From the IMG/VR virus record IMGVR_UViG_2923302340_000006, positions 1-40,352 of that record: a stretch of DNA of 40,352 bases, one strand, 5' to 3'. Origin of the DNA: a virus (Duplodnaviria > Heunggongvirae > Uroviricota > Caudoviricetes). Under the pieces are notes generated by a model, which made no database searches, was not told the origin of the DNA, and saw nothing but the letters and a program-made list of their open reading frames with translations. Numbering within the stretch: the first letter of the stretch is position 1; each line of letters starts with the position of its first letter. Below are positions 18,210 to 29,229 of the stretch, one piece after another. The position numbers and the translations under genes were made by a program.

Positions 18210-18669
18210 TCAACGTAAGGCGTTCCTCGATATGCTGGCGTGGTCAGAGGGAACTGATAACGGACGACAGAAAACCAGAAATCATGGTTATGACGTCATT
18301 GTTGGCGGAGAGCTATTCACTGATTACTCCGATCACCCTCGCAAACTTGTCACGCTAAACCCAAAACTCAAATCAACAGCAGCAGGGCGCTATCAGCTTC
18401 TTTCCCGTTGGTGGGATGCCTACCGCAAGCAGCTTGGCCTGAAAGACTTCTCTCCAAAAAGCCAGGACGCTGTGGCATTGCAGCAGATTAAAGAGCGTGG
18501 CGCTTTACCGATGATTGATCGCGGTGATATCCGTCAGGCAATCGACCGTTGCAGCAATATCTGGGCTTCACTGCCGGGGGCTGGTTATGGTCAGTTCGAG
18601 CATAAGGCTGACAGCCTGATTACAAAATTTAAAGAAGCGGGCGGAACGGTCAGAGAGATTGAGGTATGA
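18193..18669 (+). CDS. R: endolysin R (lytic transglycosylase)
   Basis: 158 aa; matches lambda R. Confidence 0.95.
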   Translation: MVEINNQRKAFLDMLAWSEGTDNGRQKTRNHGYDVIVGGELFTDYSDHPRKLVTLNPKLKSTAAGRYQLLSRWWDAYRKQLGLKDFSPKSQDAVALQQIKERGALPMIDRGDIRQAIDRCSNIWASLPGAGYGQFEHKADSLITKFKEAGGTVREIEV

Positions 18670-19103
18670 GCAGAGTCACCGCGATTATTTCCGCTCTGGT
18701 TATCTGCATCATCGTTTGCCTGTCATGGGCTGTTAATCATTACCGTGATAACGCCATAGCCTACAAAGAGCAACGTGATAAAGCCACATCCACAATTGCT
18801 GACATGCAGAAGCGTCAACGTGATGTAGCAGAACTCGACGCCAGATACACAAAGGAGCTTGCTGATGCTAACGCGACTATCGAAAGTCTCCGTGCTGATG
18901 TTTCTGCTGGTCGTAAGCGCCTGCAAGTCGCCGCCACCTGTGCAAAGTCAACGACCGGAGCCAGCAGCATGGGCGATGGAGAAAGCCCAGGACTTACAGC
19001 AGATGCTGAACTCAATTATTACCGTCTCCGAAGTGGAATCGACAGGATAACCGCGCAGGTTAACTACTTGCAGGATTACATTAGGACGCAGTGCTTAAAA
19101 TAA
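18666..19103 (+). CDS. Rz: spanin inner-membrane subunit Rz
   Basis: 145 aa; N-terminal TM segment identical to lambda Rz, C-terminal half divergent. Confidence 0.85.
   Translation: MSRVTAIISALVICIIVCLSWAVNHYRDNAIAYKEQRDKATSTIADMQKRQRDVAELDARYTKELADANATIESLRADVSAGRKRLQVAATCAKSTTGASSMGDGESPGLTADAELNYYRLRSGIDRITAQVNYLQDYIRTQCLK
18859..19050 (+). CDS. Rz1: spanin outer-membrane lipoprotein Rz1 (embedded in Rz, +1 frame)
   Basis: 63-aa ORF within Rz; lipobox LVVSAC followed by a Pro-rich segment. Confidence 0.7.
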   Translation: MLMLTRLSKVSVLMFLLVVSACKSPPPVQSQRPEPAAWAMEKAQDLQQMLNSIITVSEVESTG

Positions 19104-19321
19104 TTTTAATTTCACTGAAATTTAACAAGTGACTTTCAGGAAAATGCCTCGCAGATGCGGGGCGTTTTTGTATAGGTATTTCACCGCGCACCGCAGCGCA
19201 CAATAACCACCGAACCTGACCCTTTGGAATGGGCCTTTGAGGATACCAGTTAGTGCTGGCGAGCCTCGGTGGGCTGGTTTCCTGTGCGGCAAAGGTTCAT
19301 TTCGAAGTAGCAGGTAACGCC

Positions 19322-19735
19322 ATGAATGAATTAATTGTGAATCATGACTTTGACTTTCGCCAGTTAGTTACCGCAGCAGAAGGTCAACCGGTAACTGACA
19401 CCTTCCAGATCGCAAAGGCATTTGGTAAGCGTCATGCGGACGTATTGAGGGCGCTGAAAAATTGTCATTGCTCTGAAGATTTCCGGAGAGCGCATTTTTG
19501 CGTTGCCGAAAAAATCAATGACTTAGGGATTTTTGACAAGAAACAGATTTACTACCGCATGGACTTTAGTGGCTTCGTTATGCTGGTCATGGGATTTAAT
19601 GGCGCAAAAGCCGACGCTGTTAAAGAGGCCTATATAAATGCCTTTAACTGGATGTCTGCAGAACTCCGTAAGTACAGCGAAAGTTATGAACCAGAACGCA
19701 GCCGCAGAGGAAGCATTTCAGTTCATTGGCACTGA
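19322..19735 (+). CDS. rha: Rha-family phage regulatory protein (possibly truncated)
   Basis: Rha-like segment; start taken at MNELIV (ATG 19322) rather than ORF start 19253; an overlapping ORF 19638..19865 in another frame may be its displaced C-terminus. Confidence 0.55.
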   Translation: MNELIVNHDFDFRQLVTAAEGQPVTDTFQIAKAFGKRHADVLRALKNCHCSEDFRRAHFCVAEKINDLGIFDKKQIYYRMDFSGFVMLVMGFNGAKADAVKEAYINAFNWMSAELRKYSESYEPERSRRGSISVHWH

Positions 19736-19867
19736 CGAGCTGAAGCTTGAGCTATTCAAAATTCACTTCCAGTCAGGCGGCGCTAATTCAGATATCACGA
19801 CCCGCACTATCGAAGCGGTGCGCAAATCGAAGGAAGCGTTAGACCTGTTCACTACCGGAGCATAAAC

Positions 19868-20308
19868 ATGGCGCGCCCAACAAAGTATCAAGAGGCGTAC
19901 GCCGAACAGGCACGCAAACTGTGCTTGCTGGGCTACACCGATGCAGAGCTTGCTGATTTCTTCGAAGTCAGTGAGTCAACTATTAACAAGTGGAAGCTTG
20001 ATTATCCTGAGTTTTCGGAGTCCATAAAAAAGGGTAAGGCCGTTGCTGATGCAGAAGTTAGTGACCGTCTTTATCAACGCGCTATGGGCTTCGTGGCTCC
20101 AGACATCGATATTCGTGTTATTGAAAACAGAGTTGTCGAAACTCCGCTTGAGAAGTATTACCCGCCTGATACAACCGCCGCCATCTTCTGGCTTAAGAAC
20201 CGACAGAAGGATAAATGGCGCGACAAGGTTGATCACGAACTAACAGGCAAAGACGGCGGCGCAATTCAGATTGAAACATCACCGATGAGCACTCTATTCG
20301 GAAAATGA
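19868..20308 (+). CDS. terminase small subunit
   Basis: 146 aa; HTH-like GYTDAELADFFEVSESTINKWK; immediately upstream of and overlapping the large terminase. Confidence 0.7.
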   Translation: MARPTKYQEAYAEQARKLCLLGYTDAELADFFEVSESTINKWKLDYPEFSESIKKGKAVADAEVSDRLYQRAMGFVAPDIDIRVIENRVVETPLEKYYPPDTTAAIFWLKNRQKDKWRDKVDHELTGKDGGAIQIETSPMSTLFGK

Positions 20309-21720
20309 CCTCGATTAATCCTATCTTTGAACCGTTCATTGAGGCGCATCGCTACAAAGTCGCCAAAGGCGGTCGAGGTAGCGGTAAGTCATGGGCAATC
20401 GCGAGGCTGCTTGTTGAGGCGGCGCGTCGGCAGCCGGTGCGTATTCTCTGTGCTCGTGAGCTGCAAAACAGTATCAGTGATTCGGTAATCCGGCTGCTTG
20501 AAGACACCATCGAGCGTGAAGGGTATTCGGCTGAGTTTGAAATTCAGCGTTCCATGATTCGTCATCTCGGAACGAATGCTGAATTCATGTTCTACGGCAT
20601 AAAAAACAACCCGACGAAGATTAAATCGCTCGAAGGCATTGATATCTGCTGGGTGGAAGAAGCGGAAGCGGTAACGAAGGAATCATGGGACATCCTGATA
20701 CCAACCATCCGTAAGCCGTTCTCTGAAATATGGGTGAGCTTTAACCCGAAGAACATACTCGACGATACCTATCAGCGATTCGTTGTAAATCCTCCCGATG
20801 ATATTTGCCTGCTGACGGTGAACTACACCGACAACCCGCACTTTCCTGAAGTTCTCCGTCTGGAGATGGAAGAGTGTAAACGCAGAAACCCGACACTGTA
20901 TCGTCACATCTGGCTTGGTGAGCCAGTAAGCGCAAGTGATATGGCAATCATCAAACGTGAATGGCTTGAAGCTGCAACTGATGCGCACAAGCAACTCGGA
21001 TGGAAAGCGAAAGGCGCGGTTGTTTCTGCGCATGACCCATCAGATACAGGGCCAGATGCTAAAGGTTATGCATCGCGCCACGGTTCGGTAGTTAAGCGCA
21101 TTGCCGAAGGCCTGCTGATGGACATCAACGAGGGTGCTGACTGGGCTACTTCGCTGGCGATTGAAGACGGCGCTGACCATTACCTGTGGGATGGTGATGG
21201 TGTTGGTGCCGGGCTACGCAGACAGACAACGGAAGCGTTCTCCGGCAAGAAAATCACCGCCACGATGTTCAAGGGCAGCGAATCGCCATTCGATGAAGAT
21301 GCTCCGTATCAGGCCGGAGCATGGGCTGATGAAGTCGTACAGGGTGACAACGTTCGCACTATTGGTGATGTGTTCCGCAATAAGCGAGCGCAATTCTATT
21401 ACGCGCTGGCTGACAGGCTTTATCTGACATATCGGTCGGTTGTCCACGGTGAGTATGCAGACCCAGACGACATGCTGAGTTTCGACAAAGAAGCGATAGG
21501 CGAGAATATGCTGGAGAAGCTGTTTGCAGAACTGACGCAGATTCAGCGCAAATTCAATAACAACGGGAAGCTGGAGCTTATGACTAAGGTCGAAATGAAG
21601 CAGAAGCTCGGTATTCCATCTCCTAACCTGGCTGATGCGCTGATGATGTGCATGCATTGCCCGGAGTCGGCTGCGCAACCCGACTATTCCAGTTACTCAA
21701 TTCCTTGTGGTGTAGGTTGA
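20305..21720 (+). CDS. terminase large subunit
   Basis: 471 aa; Walker A KGGRGSGKS; size and position as in P22/Sf6-type phages. Confidence 0.9.
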   Translation: MTSINPIFEPFIEAHRYKVAKGGRGSGKSWAIARLLVEAARRQPVRILCARELQNSISDSVIRLLEDTIEREGYSAEFEIQRSMIRHLGTNAEFMFYGIKNNPTKIKSLEGIDICWVEEAEAVTKESWDILIPTIRKPFSEIWVSFNPKNILDDTYQRFVVNPPDDICLLTVNYTDNPHFPEVLRLEMEECKRRNPTLYRHIWLGEPVSASDMAIIKREWLEAATDAHKQLGWKAKGAVVSAHDPSDTGPDAKGYASRHGSVVKRIAEGLLMDINEGADWATSLAIEDGADHYLWDGDGVGAGLRRQTTEAFSGKKITATMFKGSESPFDEDAPYQAGAWADEVVQGDNVRTIGDVFRNKRAQFYYALADRLYLTYRSVVHGEYADPDDMLSFDKEAIGENMLEKLFAELTQIQRKFNNNGKLELMTKVEMKQKLGIPSPNLADALMMCMHCPESAAQPDYSSYSIPCGVG

Positions 21721-21721
21721 T

Positions 21722-23920
21722 ATGGCAGAAAAAAAGATGAATGACTGGCATCGCAAGGTGCTGTGCAACTTTGATAATGCCTGGTCAGCAACGCAGGATA
21801 TGCGTGAGCAGATTATTGAGGCTCAACGTTTCGTCCGGGTATCCGGCGCACAGTGGGAAGGCAGCACAAACGCTGGTTACTCATTTGATGAAGGCAGGTT
21901 TGAGCATTACCCGCGCTTTGAACTGAATAAGATTGCCCGTGAATGTGATCGCATCATTGGCGAGTATCGACAGAATCGCATCAGCGTTAAATTCAGGCCG
22001 AAGGATGACAAGGCATCGGAAGCGTTAGCCGAAAAGATGAACGGCAAATTCCGCGCTGACTATCAGGAAACATCCGGTGGCGAAGCGTGTGATAACGCAT
22101 TTGATGATGCTGTAACGGGCGGATTCGGTTGTTTCCGCATGTGTGCCGATTACGAAGATGAAATGGACCCAAGTAACGAGCAGCGACGCATCAGCCTTCT
22201 TCCTGTTTACGACCCGGCGACATGCGTCTTCTTCGATCAGGACAGCAAACAATATGACCGCTCTGATGCTATGTGGGCTATGGAAATGTTCTCCATGACG
22301 CCTAAAGCGTTCGAGGCTGAATACCCTGATTCCATTGCGGCAAGCCTTTCTCGGGATGACACTGGTACTCAGTATGACTGGTCAACGCCTGACGCCATCT
22401 ATGTTGGACGTTACTACGAAGTTCGCATAGAGAAGGTGAAGCTCACGGCGTGGCGCAACCCTGTTAGCGGAGAAACGGCAATCTATGATGAAGAGCAAAT
22501 CAAAGATATTGTCGACGAGCTGACCGATGGTGCATTCGAACTGATTGGCGAGCGAACGGTGAAGAAGCGCCGCGTTTATTGCGGTCTTCTGTCTGGCGCT
22601 GAATGGCTGGAAGAACCGAAGCGTATTCCGGGTGAACATATTCCTCTCATCCCGGTATATGGGCGTCGCTCATTTGTTGATAATCAGGAGCGAATCGAAG
22701 GCCACGCAGCAAAAGCGATGGATGCACAGCGTCTTGAGAACCTGATGGTTTCCATGATTGCAGATAACGCTACTCAGGCTGGCGGTGATGGCATTCCTGT
22801 AGTTGATGTTGACATGATTCCTGGTCCTCTCGCCACTCATTGGGCGGAGCGCAACAAAAAGCGCCCGGCGTTCCTGCCGATGGTCAGTCTGAAAAACAAA
22901 AACGGAGATATTACTGCGCAGGCTCAGGTCAGCAGTTATACGCCTCCGACACAAATGCCTCCAGCTCTTGCCGGGCTATTGCAGTACACCGGAACGGCTA
23001 TTCAGCAAATTACAGGTGCGTCGCAGCTTGAGAACATGCCGAGCAACGTCGCTACTGATACCGTTGATAGCATTTTTAACCGGATGGACACGCAGTCCTA
23101 TATCTACATGGACAACATGGCTAAATCTATGCGTCGCGCTGGCGTTGTGTGGCTTTCTATGGCGCGTGAAGTCTATGGCAGCGATACGCCGATGCGTATC
23201 GTTAATGAGGACGGCAGCGATGACGTGGCGCTGATGACTGGTGAAGTGGTTGACCGTCAGACAGGGCAGGTTATCGCGCTTAACGACCTTTCGCAGGGTA
23301 ACTATGAAGTGACTGTCGATGTCGGTCAGTCGTTCGCTACTCGCCGTGATGCAACGGTTAAGTCGTTACTTTCCATGCTGGCACTTATCCCACCAGGAAC
23401 GCCGAAGCACGACCTTGTATCGTCGATGATTCTCGACAATATGGATGGCGAAGGGATGGACGACCTGAAAGAATACAACCGCAATCAGTTGCTTCTGTCT
23501 GGCGTTATCAAGCCGAGAACGCCTGAAGAACAGCAGATGGTTGAGCAGGCGAAACAACAACAGGCCAGTCAGCCAGATCCGGCTATGGTTGCAGCGCAAG
23601 GTCAGCTTCTTGCAGGTCAGGCTGAATTGCAGAAAGCGCAGAACGAACAGGCAGCCATTCAGGTTAAAGCATTCCAGGCACAGACTGATGCTCAGGTTGC
23701 AGCGGCAAACGTTGTGAAAATCCTCGCATCTGCCGATAGCCAGCAGAAATCTGATATCCGCGAGGCTCTGAAACTGCTTGGACAGTTCCAGCAACAGCAA
23801 GGAGATAATGCCCGTGCTGATGCAGAGCTTGTCCTGAAAAGTCAGGCACAGGGCCATGCGCAGCGCATGGACATCAGCAGCATCCTGCAAAAATCAACTC
23901 AGCAACAACCACAGCAGTAA
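21722..23920 (+). CDS. portal protein (P22 gp1-like)
   Basis: 732 aa; resembles P22 portal (GEHIPLIPVYG; TPEEQQMVEQAKQQQASQPDPAMVAAQGQLLAGQAELQKAQNEQ). Confidence 0.9.
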   Translation: MAEKKMNDWHRKVLCNFDNAWSATQDMREQIIEAQRFVRVSGAQWEGSTNAGYSFDEGRFEHYPRFELNKIARECDRIIGEYRQNRISVKFRPKDDKASEALAEKMNGKFRADYQETSGGEACDNAFDDAVTGGFGCFRMCADYEDEMDPSNEQRRISLLPVYDPATCVFFDQDSKQYDRSDAMWAMEMFSMTPKAFEAEYPDSIAASLSRDDTGTQYDWSTPDAIYVGRYYEVRIEKVKLTAWRNPVSGETAIYDEEQIKDIVDELTDGAFELIGERTVKKRRVYCGLLSGAEWLEEPKRIPGEHIPLIPVYGRRSFVDNQERIEGHAAKAMDAQRLENLMVSMIADNATQAGGDGIPVVDVDMIPGPLATHWAERNKKRPAFLPMVSLKNKNGDITAQAQVSSYTPPTQMPPALAGLLQYTGTAIQQITGASQLENMPSNVATDTVDSIFNRMDTQSYIYMDNMAKSMRRAGVVWLSMAREVYGSDTPMRIVNEDGSDDVALMTGEVVDRQTGQVIALNDLSQGNYEVTVDVGQSFATRRDATVKSLLSMLALIPPGTPKHDLVSSMILDNMDGEGMDDLKEYNRNQLLLSGVIKPRTPEEQQMVEQAKQQQASQPDPAMVAAQGQLLAGQAELQKAQNEQAAIQVKAFQAQTDAQVAAANVVKILASADSQQKSDIREALKLLGQFQQQQGDNARADAELVLKSQAQGHAQRMDISSILQKSTQQQPQQ

Positions 23921-24010
23921 TTAACCCATAACGTGCAATGGCTGTCTTTATGAGGCCTGGCACCCTATTGCCTTCCGATGGGCTGAACATCGAGTAAACA
24001 GGGGTAACAA

Positions 24011-24904
24011 ATGGACCAGATGGCAGAAAACACACCAGAAGTTGAAATCGAAACCGACGCGTCAGAGCAGATTCCTGATGATGTCGAACTGGCTGAAGAA
24101 GTCGAAACAGAAGATGGCAGTGAGTCCTCTGGCAATGATGCAGAGGAAGCTACTGAAACTGATGACGACGAATCAGAACAGGAATTCTACTTTGGTGACG
24201 AAAAGCTGGATTCGCCAACCAGCGAAGATGGCGCAGAGCATGGACTGGTAAAACACTTGCGCAAGACGATTAAAGAGAAAGACCGTGAGCTGAAAGAGCT
24301 GATGCGTCAGTCTCAGAAGCCCGTCGAGCAGCAGCCGGTAATCACTCAACCACCGCGAATGCCAAAACTGGATGATGAGGACATCGGTTTCGATGAAGAA
24401 ATCTACCAGCAACGCATGGCTAAGTGGGCAGAGGATAACGGCAAGTACCAGGAGCAAGTACGAGAGCGGAAACGAGAGGAAGAGGCGCGTACCGCAACGC
24501 TTCAGCAGAAAGCAGCCAATTACATGCAGAGAGTAAAAGCACTGAAAGTGGCTGGCTACCAGGATGCAGAGCAGGCTGTACGCGAAGATGTTCCTGTTCA
24601 TATTCAGGACATGATCCTTCTTGAGTCAGAGAAGCCGGAAATCGTTGTTCTGGCACTCGGTCGCAACGCTGAACTGCGCAAGCAACTGGCAGAAGCTACC
24701 AACCCCGTAGCAATTGGTCGTCTGCTGGAACGTATCGAATCGAAGGCCAGAATCATGCCAAAAGCAAAAACCACGGCAGCCACAACCCCGACAGTTAAGG
24801 GGAGCAACGGCGCAGTAATCAATAACCTCGACAAACTGAAAGCCAAGGCGCTGGAAACTGGTGACTGGACGCCGTATTTCGCCGCTAAAAAGGCAAAAAA
24901 ATAA
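24011..24904 (+). CDS. scaffolding protein (P22 gp8-like)
   Basis: 297 aa; highly acidic N-terminus, helical, between portal and coat. Confidence 0.75.
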   Translation: MDQMAENTPEVEIETDASEQIPDDVELAEEVETEDGSESSGNDAEEATETDDDESEQEFYFGDEKLDSPTSEDGAEHGLVKHLRKTIKEKDRELKELMRQSQKPVEQQPVITQPPRMPKLDDEDIGFDEEIYQQRMAKWAEDNGKYQEQVRERKREEEARTATLQQKAANYMQRVKALKVAGYQDAEQAVREDVPVHIQDMILLESEKPEIVVLALGRNAELRKQLAEATNPVAIGRLLERIESKARIMPKAKTTAATTPTVKGSNGAVINNLDKLKAKALETGDWTPYFAAKKAKK

Positions 24905-24922
24905 CCTATCGGAGCATTAAGC

Positions 24923-26176
24923 ATGGCTAACCAATTAGCAAAAGACCTTGAAATCATGTTCGAAAACTACGTTGAAGGATTTGAGGCCGCCTGCGTAGTT
25001 TCCCGTAACGCTAAAAAATTCCGTCCCGGTGATACAGCAATGCAGCGAGCAGGTGATGTTCTGTATCGTCCGCAGCATTACCACATGAACATTGAGGAAG
25101 GCCTCGACCTCAGCAGCAAAACGCCAACAGCACTGGTTCAGCGCCTTGTTCCTTCTGTGTTCAAGGAGCCGAAAAACATTCTGTACACTCTGGATGCGCG
25201 TGAAATGCGTGACCCGGAACATAAAACTGAAGCTGGTCGCGCCGCAGGTATGCGCCTTGCTGCACAGATTGACTCTGACCTGATTTCCATGGTCACGCAG
25301 CGTGCTACTAACGTGATCACAATGGCTGACTCAACCACTGGTTCACAGGGCCGTGATTTGTGGAACTGTGCGGCAGGTATTGATGCCACCATGACGGCGA
25401 TTGGTGTACCACAGGGTATCAACCGTCGCTCTTTCTGGAACCCCTTCAACTACAAAGACCTTGCTGGCGAGCTTGGTCACCGTGCCTATGCTCAGGGCGC
25501 AACCCTGACAGCATACGAAAAAGCGCAAATCCCTCCGGTTGCGTCCTTTGATAGCTACAAGACCGATATTTCTGGTCGTGTTCCGAAGGGTACAGCAACT
25601 TCCCTGACGCTGGCGGCTGAACCTGCGCACAAGGTTGAAGCGAAAGATGCCAACGATATGCCAGTGGATAACCGACAGGGGACCATTACGGTATCTGCAT
25701 CTGGTTTGCAGGTTGGCGATGCGTTCACCATTGCTGGCGTGAATTCCGTACACCAGATCACCAAAGATACCACCGGGCAGCCGCAGGTATTCCGCGTTCT
25801 GGCAGTAAGCGGAACGACAGTAACTATCTCCCCGAAAATTCTGCCGCCTGACAACGCTGATGTCGCCAGCCGACCATATGCAAACGTTGATGCTAACGCG
25901 GCAAATGGTGCAGCAATTACCATTCTCAACAAAAATGCCGCACCTGCTAACCTGTTCTGGGCTGATGGTTCTGTTGAGCTGATGTACGGCAAACTGGCGT
26001 TCCCGACTGGTCAGGGTCCACAGGTAATGACAGCAACCACCGAGCAGGGCGCTACGCTGATCATGTCTTACGCCTTCGACCACATCAAAGGCGTAACCAC
26101 TGCTCGTTTCACCACTCTGTACGGTTGCTCTGTACTTGTTCCTGAATATACGGGCATCGTTATTGCCGGGCAGTAA
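24923..26176 (+). CDS. major coat protein (P22 gp5-like)
   Basis: 417 aa; conserved blocks resembling P22 coat (YANVDANAANGAAITILNKNAA; NLFWADGS). Confidence 0.85.
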   Translation: MANQLAKDLEIMFENYVEGFEAACVVSRNAKKFRPGDTAMQRAGDVLYRPQHYHMNIEEGLDLSSKTPTALVQRLVPSVFKEPKNILYTLDAREMRDPEHKTEAGRAAGMRLAAQIDSDLISMVTQRATNVITMADSTTGSQGRDLWNCAAGIDATMTAIGVPQGINRRSFWNPFNYKDLAGELGHRAYAQGATLTAYEKAQIPPVASFDSYKTDISGRVPKGTATSLTLAAEPAHKVEAKDANDMPVDNRQGTITVSASGLQVGDAFTIAGVNSVHQITKDTTGQPQVFRVLAVSGTTVTISPKILPPDNADVASRPYANVDANAANGAAITILNKNAAPANLFWADGSVELMYGKLAFPTGQGPQVMTATTEQGATLIMSYAFDHIKGVTTARFTTLYGCSVLVPEYTGIVIAGQ

Positions 26177-26183
26177 TTTGGGT

Positions 26184-26205
26184 GGGGCTTCGGCCCCATT
26201 TTTAT
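26184..26205 (+). terminator. intrinsic terminator after coat gene
   Basis: ggggc-ttcg-gcccc followed by ATTTTTA. Confidence 0.75.
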
Positions 26206-26217
26206 TGGGAGAAGACA

Positions 26218-26406
26218 ATGGCACGAACAATGCTCTATAAGCCGGGCAACATGATCACCTGTGGTCAGGTTGCTGTCGATTACATCATTGTTGATGACGA
26301 AGAAGTTAAATCTCACCTGAAAAAAGGCTGGGTAAAAGCTCCTGAAGAAACCGCAACGAAGCAAAAAGTGGCTAAGGCGGAAGAAGATGGCGAAAACGAA
26401 GGGTGA
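26218..26406 (+). CDS. small hypothetical protein between coat and gp4
   Basis: 62 aa from ATG 26218 (RBS GGGAGAAG). Confidence 0.4.
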   Translation: MARTMLYKPGNMITCGQVAVDYIIVDDEEVKSHLKKGWVKAPEETATKQKVAKAEEDGENEG

Positions 26407-26848
26407 TCTCGTTCTAAAGGCTTTACGAAAAGCCGGGCTGTATTCCAATGCCACGTTGACAGATGCTGACCCTCAGGCAATTGAAGATGCCATTAATGAC
26501 CTCGAAGACATGATGGCAGCATGGCAGGCTAAAGGTATCGAGCTTGGATATCAGTTTGCGGATACAGAAAACGGCATCATGCCGTTACCTGACGATGATT
26601 CAGGTATCCCTGCATGGGCAAATGATGGCGTCGCTTTGAAGCTCGCTGTGCAAGTGTGCATGGATAACGTCATTCAGCCGTCGGATGCTCTCCTGACCGC
26701 TGCTGACAGTGCATATCAGACAATCTGTATCGCTTTAACCAAAATACCACCACTTGAGCGACGAAATGATATGCCTCGCGGTAGTGGTAACAAAAGCGCG
26801 TTTACGTGGAATCGGTTTTACATCGAGAAAGATGATCCGAGTACGTGA
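26387..26848 (+). CDS. head completion protein (P22 gp4-like)
   Basis: 153 aa; N-terminus KTKGDLV..LRK.G..S.ATLTD..PQ...DA..DLE.MMA.W resembles P22 gp4. Confidence 0.75.
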   Translation: MAKTKGDLVLKALRKAGLYSNATLTDADPQAIEDAINDLEDMMAAWQAKGIELGYQFADTENGIMPLPDDDSGIPAWANDGVALKLAVQVCMDNVIQPSDALLTAADSAYQTICIALTKIPPLERRNDMPRGSGNKSAFTWNRFYIEKDDPST

Positions 26849-26857
26849 GGTGAATAA

Positions 26858-28276
26858 ATGCCGATTCAGCAACTTCCACTCATGAAAGGCGTCGGCAAAG
26901 ACTTTCGAAACGCCGACTATATCGACTATCTGCCAGTGAATATGCTGGCTACACCCAAAGAAATCCTGAACAGCAGCGGATATCTTCGCTCATTCCCGGG
27001 CATTGCCAAACGTTCTGATGTGAACGGTATATCGCGCGGCGTCGAGTACAACATGGCGCAGAGTGCTGTTTATCGCGTGTGTGGTGGCAAGCTGTATAAG
27101 GGCGAAAGTGAAGTCGGTGATGTTGCCGGAAGTGGTCGTGTATCAATGGCGCATGGTCGGACATCTCAGGCTGTAGGCGTTAATGGTCAACTGGTCGAGT
27201 ATCGCTATGATGGCACGGTTAAAACCGTCTCAAACTGGCCTACAGACAGCGGATTCACTCAGTATGAGTTAGGTTCAGTCCGCGACATTACACGCTTACG
27301 TGGGCGTTATGCGTGGTCAAAAGACGGCACGGATTCATGGTTTATCACTGACCTTGAAGACGAATCGCATCCTGACCGTTACAGCGCACAATATCGTGCC
27401 GAGTCGCAGCCTGACGGCATCATCGGAATCGGAACATGGCGAGACTTCATCGTCTGCTTTGGTTCATCGACGATTGAATATTTCTCCCTGACTGGTGCAA
27501 CCACAGTTGGTGCTGCTTTGTATGTCGCACAGCCATCGCTGATGGTGCAAAAAGGCATCGCCGGGACTTACTGCAAAACGCCGTTTGCTGATTCCTATGC
27601 GTTTATCAGCAATCCGGCAACAGGTGCGCCGTCTGTATACATCATCGGCTCCGGTCAGGTGTCACCAATCGCCAGCGCGAGCATTGAGAAAATCCTCCGC
27701 TCCTACACTGCTGATGAACTGGCTGATGGCGTGATGGAATCGTTGCGCTTTGATGCGCATGAGTTGCTGATTATCCATCTTCCGCGCCACGTACTCGTGT
27801 ACGACGCATCTTCAAGCGCCAATGGTCCGCAATGGTGTGTGTTGAAAACAGGCCTGTATGACGATGTGTACCGCGCTATCGACTTCATTTACGAAGGCAA
27901 TCAGATAACGTGCGGCGATAAGCTGGAATCTGTTACCGGGAAACTGCAGTTCGATATCAGCAGCCAGTACGACAAGCAACAGGAACACCTGCTGTTTACT
28001 CCACTCTTCAAAGCAGATAACGCCAGAGTTTTCGACCTTGAGGTTGAATCGTCAACTGGCGTTGCGCAGTACGCCGACCGCCTTTTTCTCTCTGCAACCA
28101 CTGACGGCATCAATTACGGGCGTGAGCAGATGATTGAGCAGAATGAACCGTTCGTTTATGACAAACGTGTTTTGTGGAAGCGAGTCGGGCGCATCAGGAA
28201 AAATGTCGGCTTCAAATTGCGCGTTATCACGAAGTCACCTGCCACTCTGTCAGGCTGCCAGATAAGGATTGAGTAA
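26858..28276 (+). CDS. head completion / DNA stabilisation protein (P22 gp10-like)
   Basis: 472 aa; near-identical to P22 gp10 as I recall it ([11 protein letters not shown]...). Confidence 0.9.
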   Translation: MPIQQLPLMKGVGKDFRNADYIDYLPVNMLATPKEILNSSGYLRSFPGIAKRSDVNGISRGVEYNMAQSAVYRVCGGKLYKGESEVGDVAGSGRVSMAHGRTSQAVGVNGQLVEYRYDGTVKTVSNWPTDSGFTQYELGSVRDITRLRGRYAWSKDGTDSWFITDLEDESHPDRYSAQYRAESQPDGIIGIGTWRDFIVCFGSSTIEYFSLTGATTVGAALYVAQPSLMVQKGIAGTYCKTPFADSYAFISNPATGAPSVYIIGSGQVSPIASASIEKILRSYTADELADGVMESLRFDAHELLIIHLPRHVLVYDASSSANGPQWCVLKTGLYDDVYRAIDFIYEGNQITCGDKLESVTGKLQFDISSQYDKQQEHLLFTPLFKADNARVFDLEVESSTGVAQYADRLFLSATTDGINYGREQMIEQNEPFVYDKRVLWKRVGRIRKNVGFKLRVITKSPATLSGCQIRIE

Positions 28277-29229
28277 TGGCTGATTCGAATCTCAATGAGC
28301 CGGTAATCATTCAGGCTACACGACTCGACACATCAGTCCTTCCACGCAATATCTTCTCGCAGTCATATCTGTTGTACGTTATCGCACAGGGTGCTGATGT
28401 TGGTAACGTGGCTAACAAGGCCAACGAAGCAGGGAAGGGGGCTTATGATGCACAGGTGAAGAATGATGAGCAGGATGTCACCCTTGCAGACCATGAATCC
28501 AGAATTGAAGCTGCTGAAGCAACTCTCATCAATCATGAACATAGAATTGCAGCAGCGGAAAGCACTTTTGCAGAACATGAAACAAGGATTACGGCTGCTG
28601 AAACAGAGCTGGCTGATCACGAGACGCGAATTGCTGCCAATGAATCTGAGTTAGCAAACCATGATGCGCGCATAACTCAGAATACAACCGATATCGACGC
28701 ACTTGATACCAGGCTCACAGCGGCAGAGGGAAGTATTTCGACGCTACAAAGCACAGTTGGTGACCACTCAACAAGAATATCTGCGCTTGAGTATGCCACC
28801 ACGCGCAAGAAATCAGAGGTTGTTTACTCAGGAGTATCTGTAACCATCCCGACAGCGCCGACCAACCTTGTTAGCCTGCTGAAAACGCTCACGCCGTCAT
28901 CCGGCACATTGGCACCATTCTTCGACACCGTTAACAACAAGATGGTTGTGTTCAACGAGAACAAAACCCTGTTCTTCAAGCTGTCGATCGTCGGGACGTG
29001 GCCCAGCGGAACCGCCAACAGGTCAATGCAGCTAACCTTTTCCGGCTCTGTTCCTGACACGTTGGTCAGCAGTCGTAATGCGGCGACAACAACCGACAAC
29101 ATCCTGTTAGCTACGTTCTTCAGCGTGGATAAAGACGGCTTTCTTGCCACAAATGGCAGCACGTTAACCATTCAGTCAAATGGTGCGGCGTTTACTGCCA
29201 CAACCATCAAGATAATCGCGGAGCAGTGA
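28276..29229 (+). CDS. tail needle protein (P22 gp26-like) with extra C-terminal knob domain
   Basis: 317 aa; N-terminus [18 protein letters not shown]... as in P22 gp26; repeats in the central coiled coil; ~130-aa C-terminal domain not in P22. Confidence 0.85.
   Translation: MADSNLNEPVIIQATRLDTSVLPRNIFSQSYLLYVIAQGADVGNVANKANEAGKGAYDAQVKNDEQDVTLADHESRIEAAEATLINHEHRIAAAESTFAEHETRITAAETELADHETRIAANESELANHDARITQNTTDIDALDTRLTAAEGSISTLQSTVGDHSTRISALEYATTRKKSEVVYSGVSVTIPTAPTNLVSLLKTLTPSSGTLAPFFDTVNNKMVVFNENKTLFFKLSIVGTWPSGTANRSMQLTFSGSVPDTLVSSRNAATTTDNILLATFFSVDKDGFLATNGSTLTIQSNGAAFTATTIKIIAEQ
28485..28680 (+). repeat. five imperfect 42-bp tandem repeats encoding 14-aa coiled-coil units of the tail needle
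   Basis: Units [14 protein letters not shown] / [14 protein letters not shown] / [14 protein letters not shown] / [14 protein letters not shown] / [14 protein letters not shown]. Confidence 0.7.

Noticed and set aside
23366-23890. 174-aa minus-strand ORF inside the portal gene
   Set aside because: Antisense shadow ORF within a strongly supported structural gene; low-complexity Leu/Arg-rich product.
25343-26230. 295-aa minus-strand ORF inside the coat gene
   Set aside because: Antisense to the coat gene with no independent start signals; same reasoning applies to other antisense ORFs inside O, P, terminase and tailspike.
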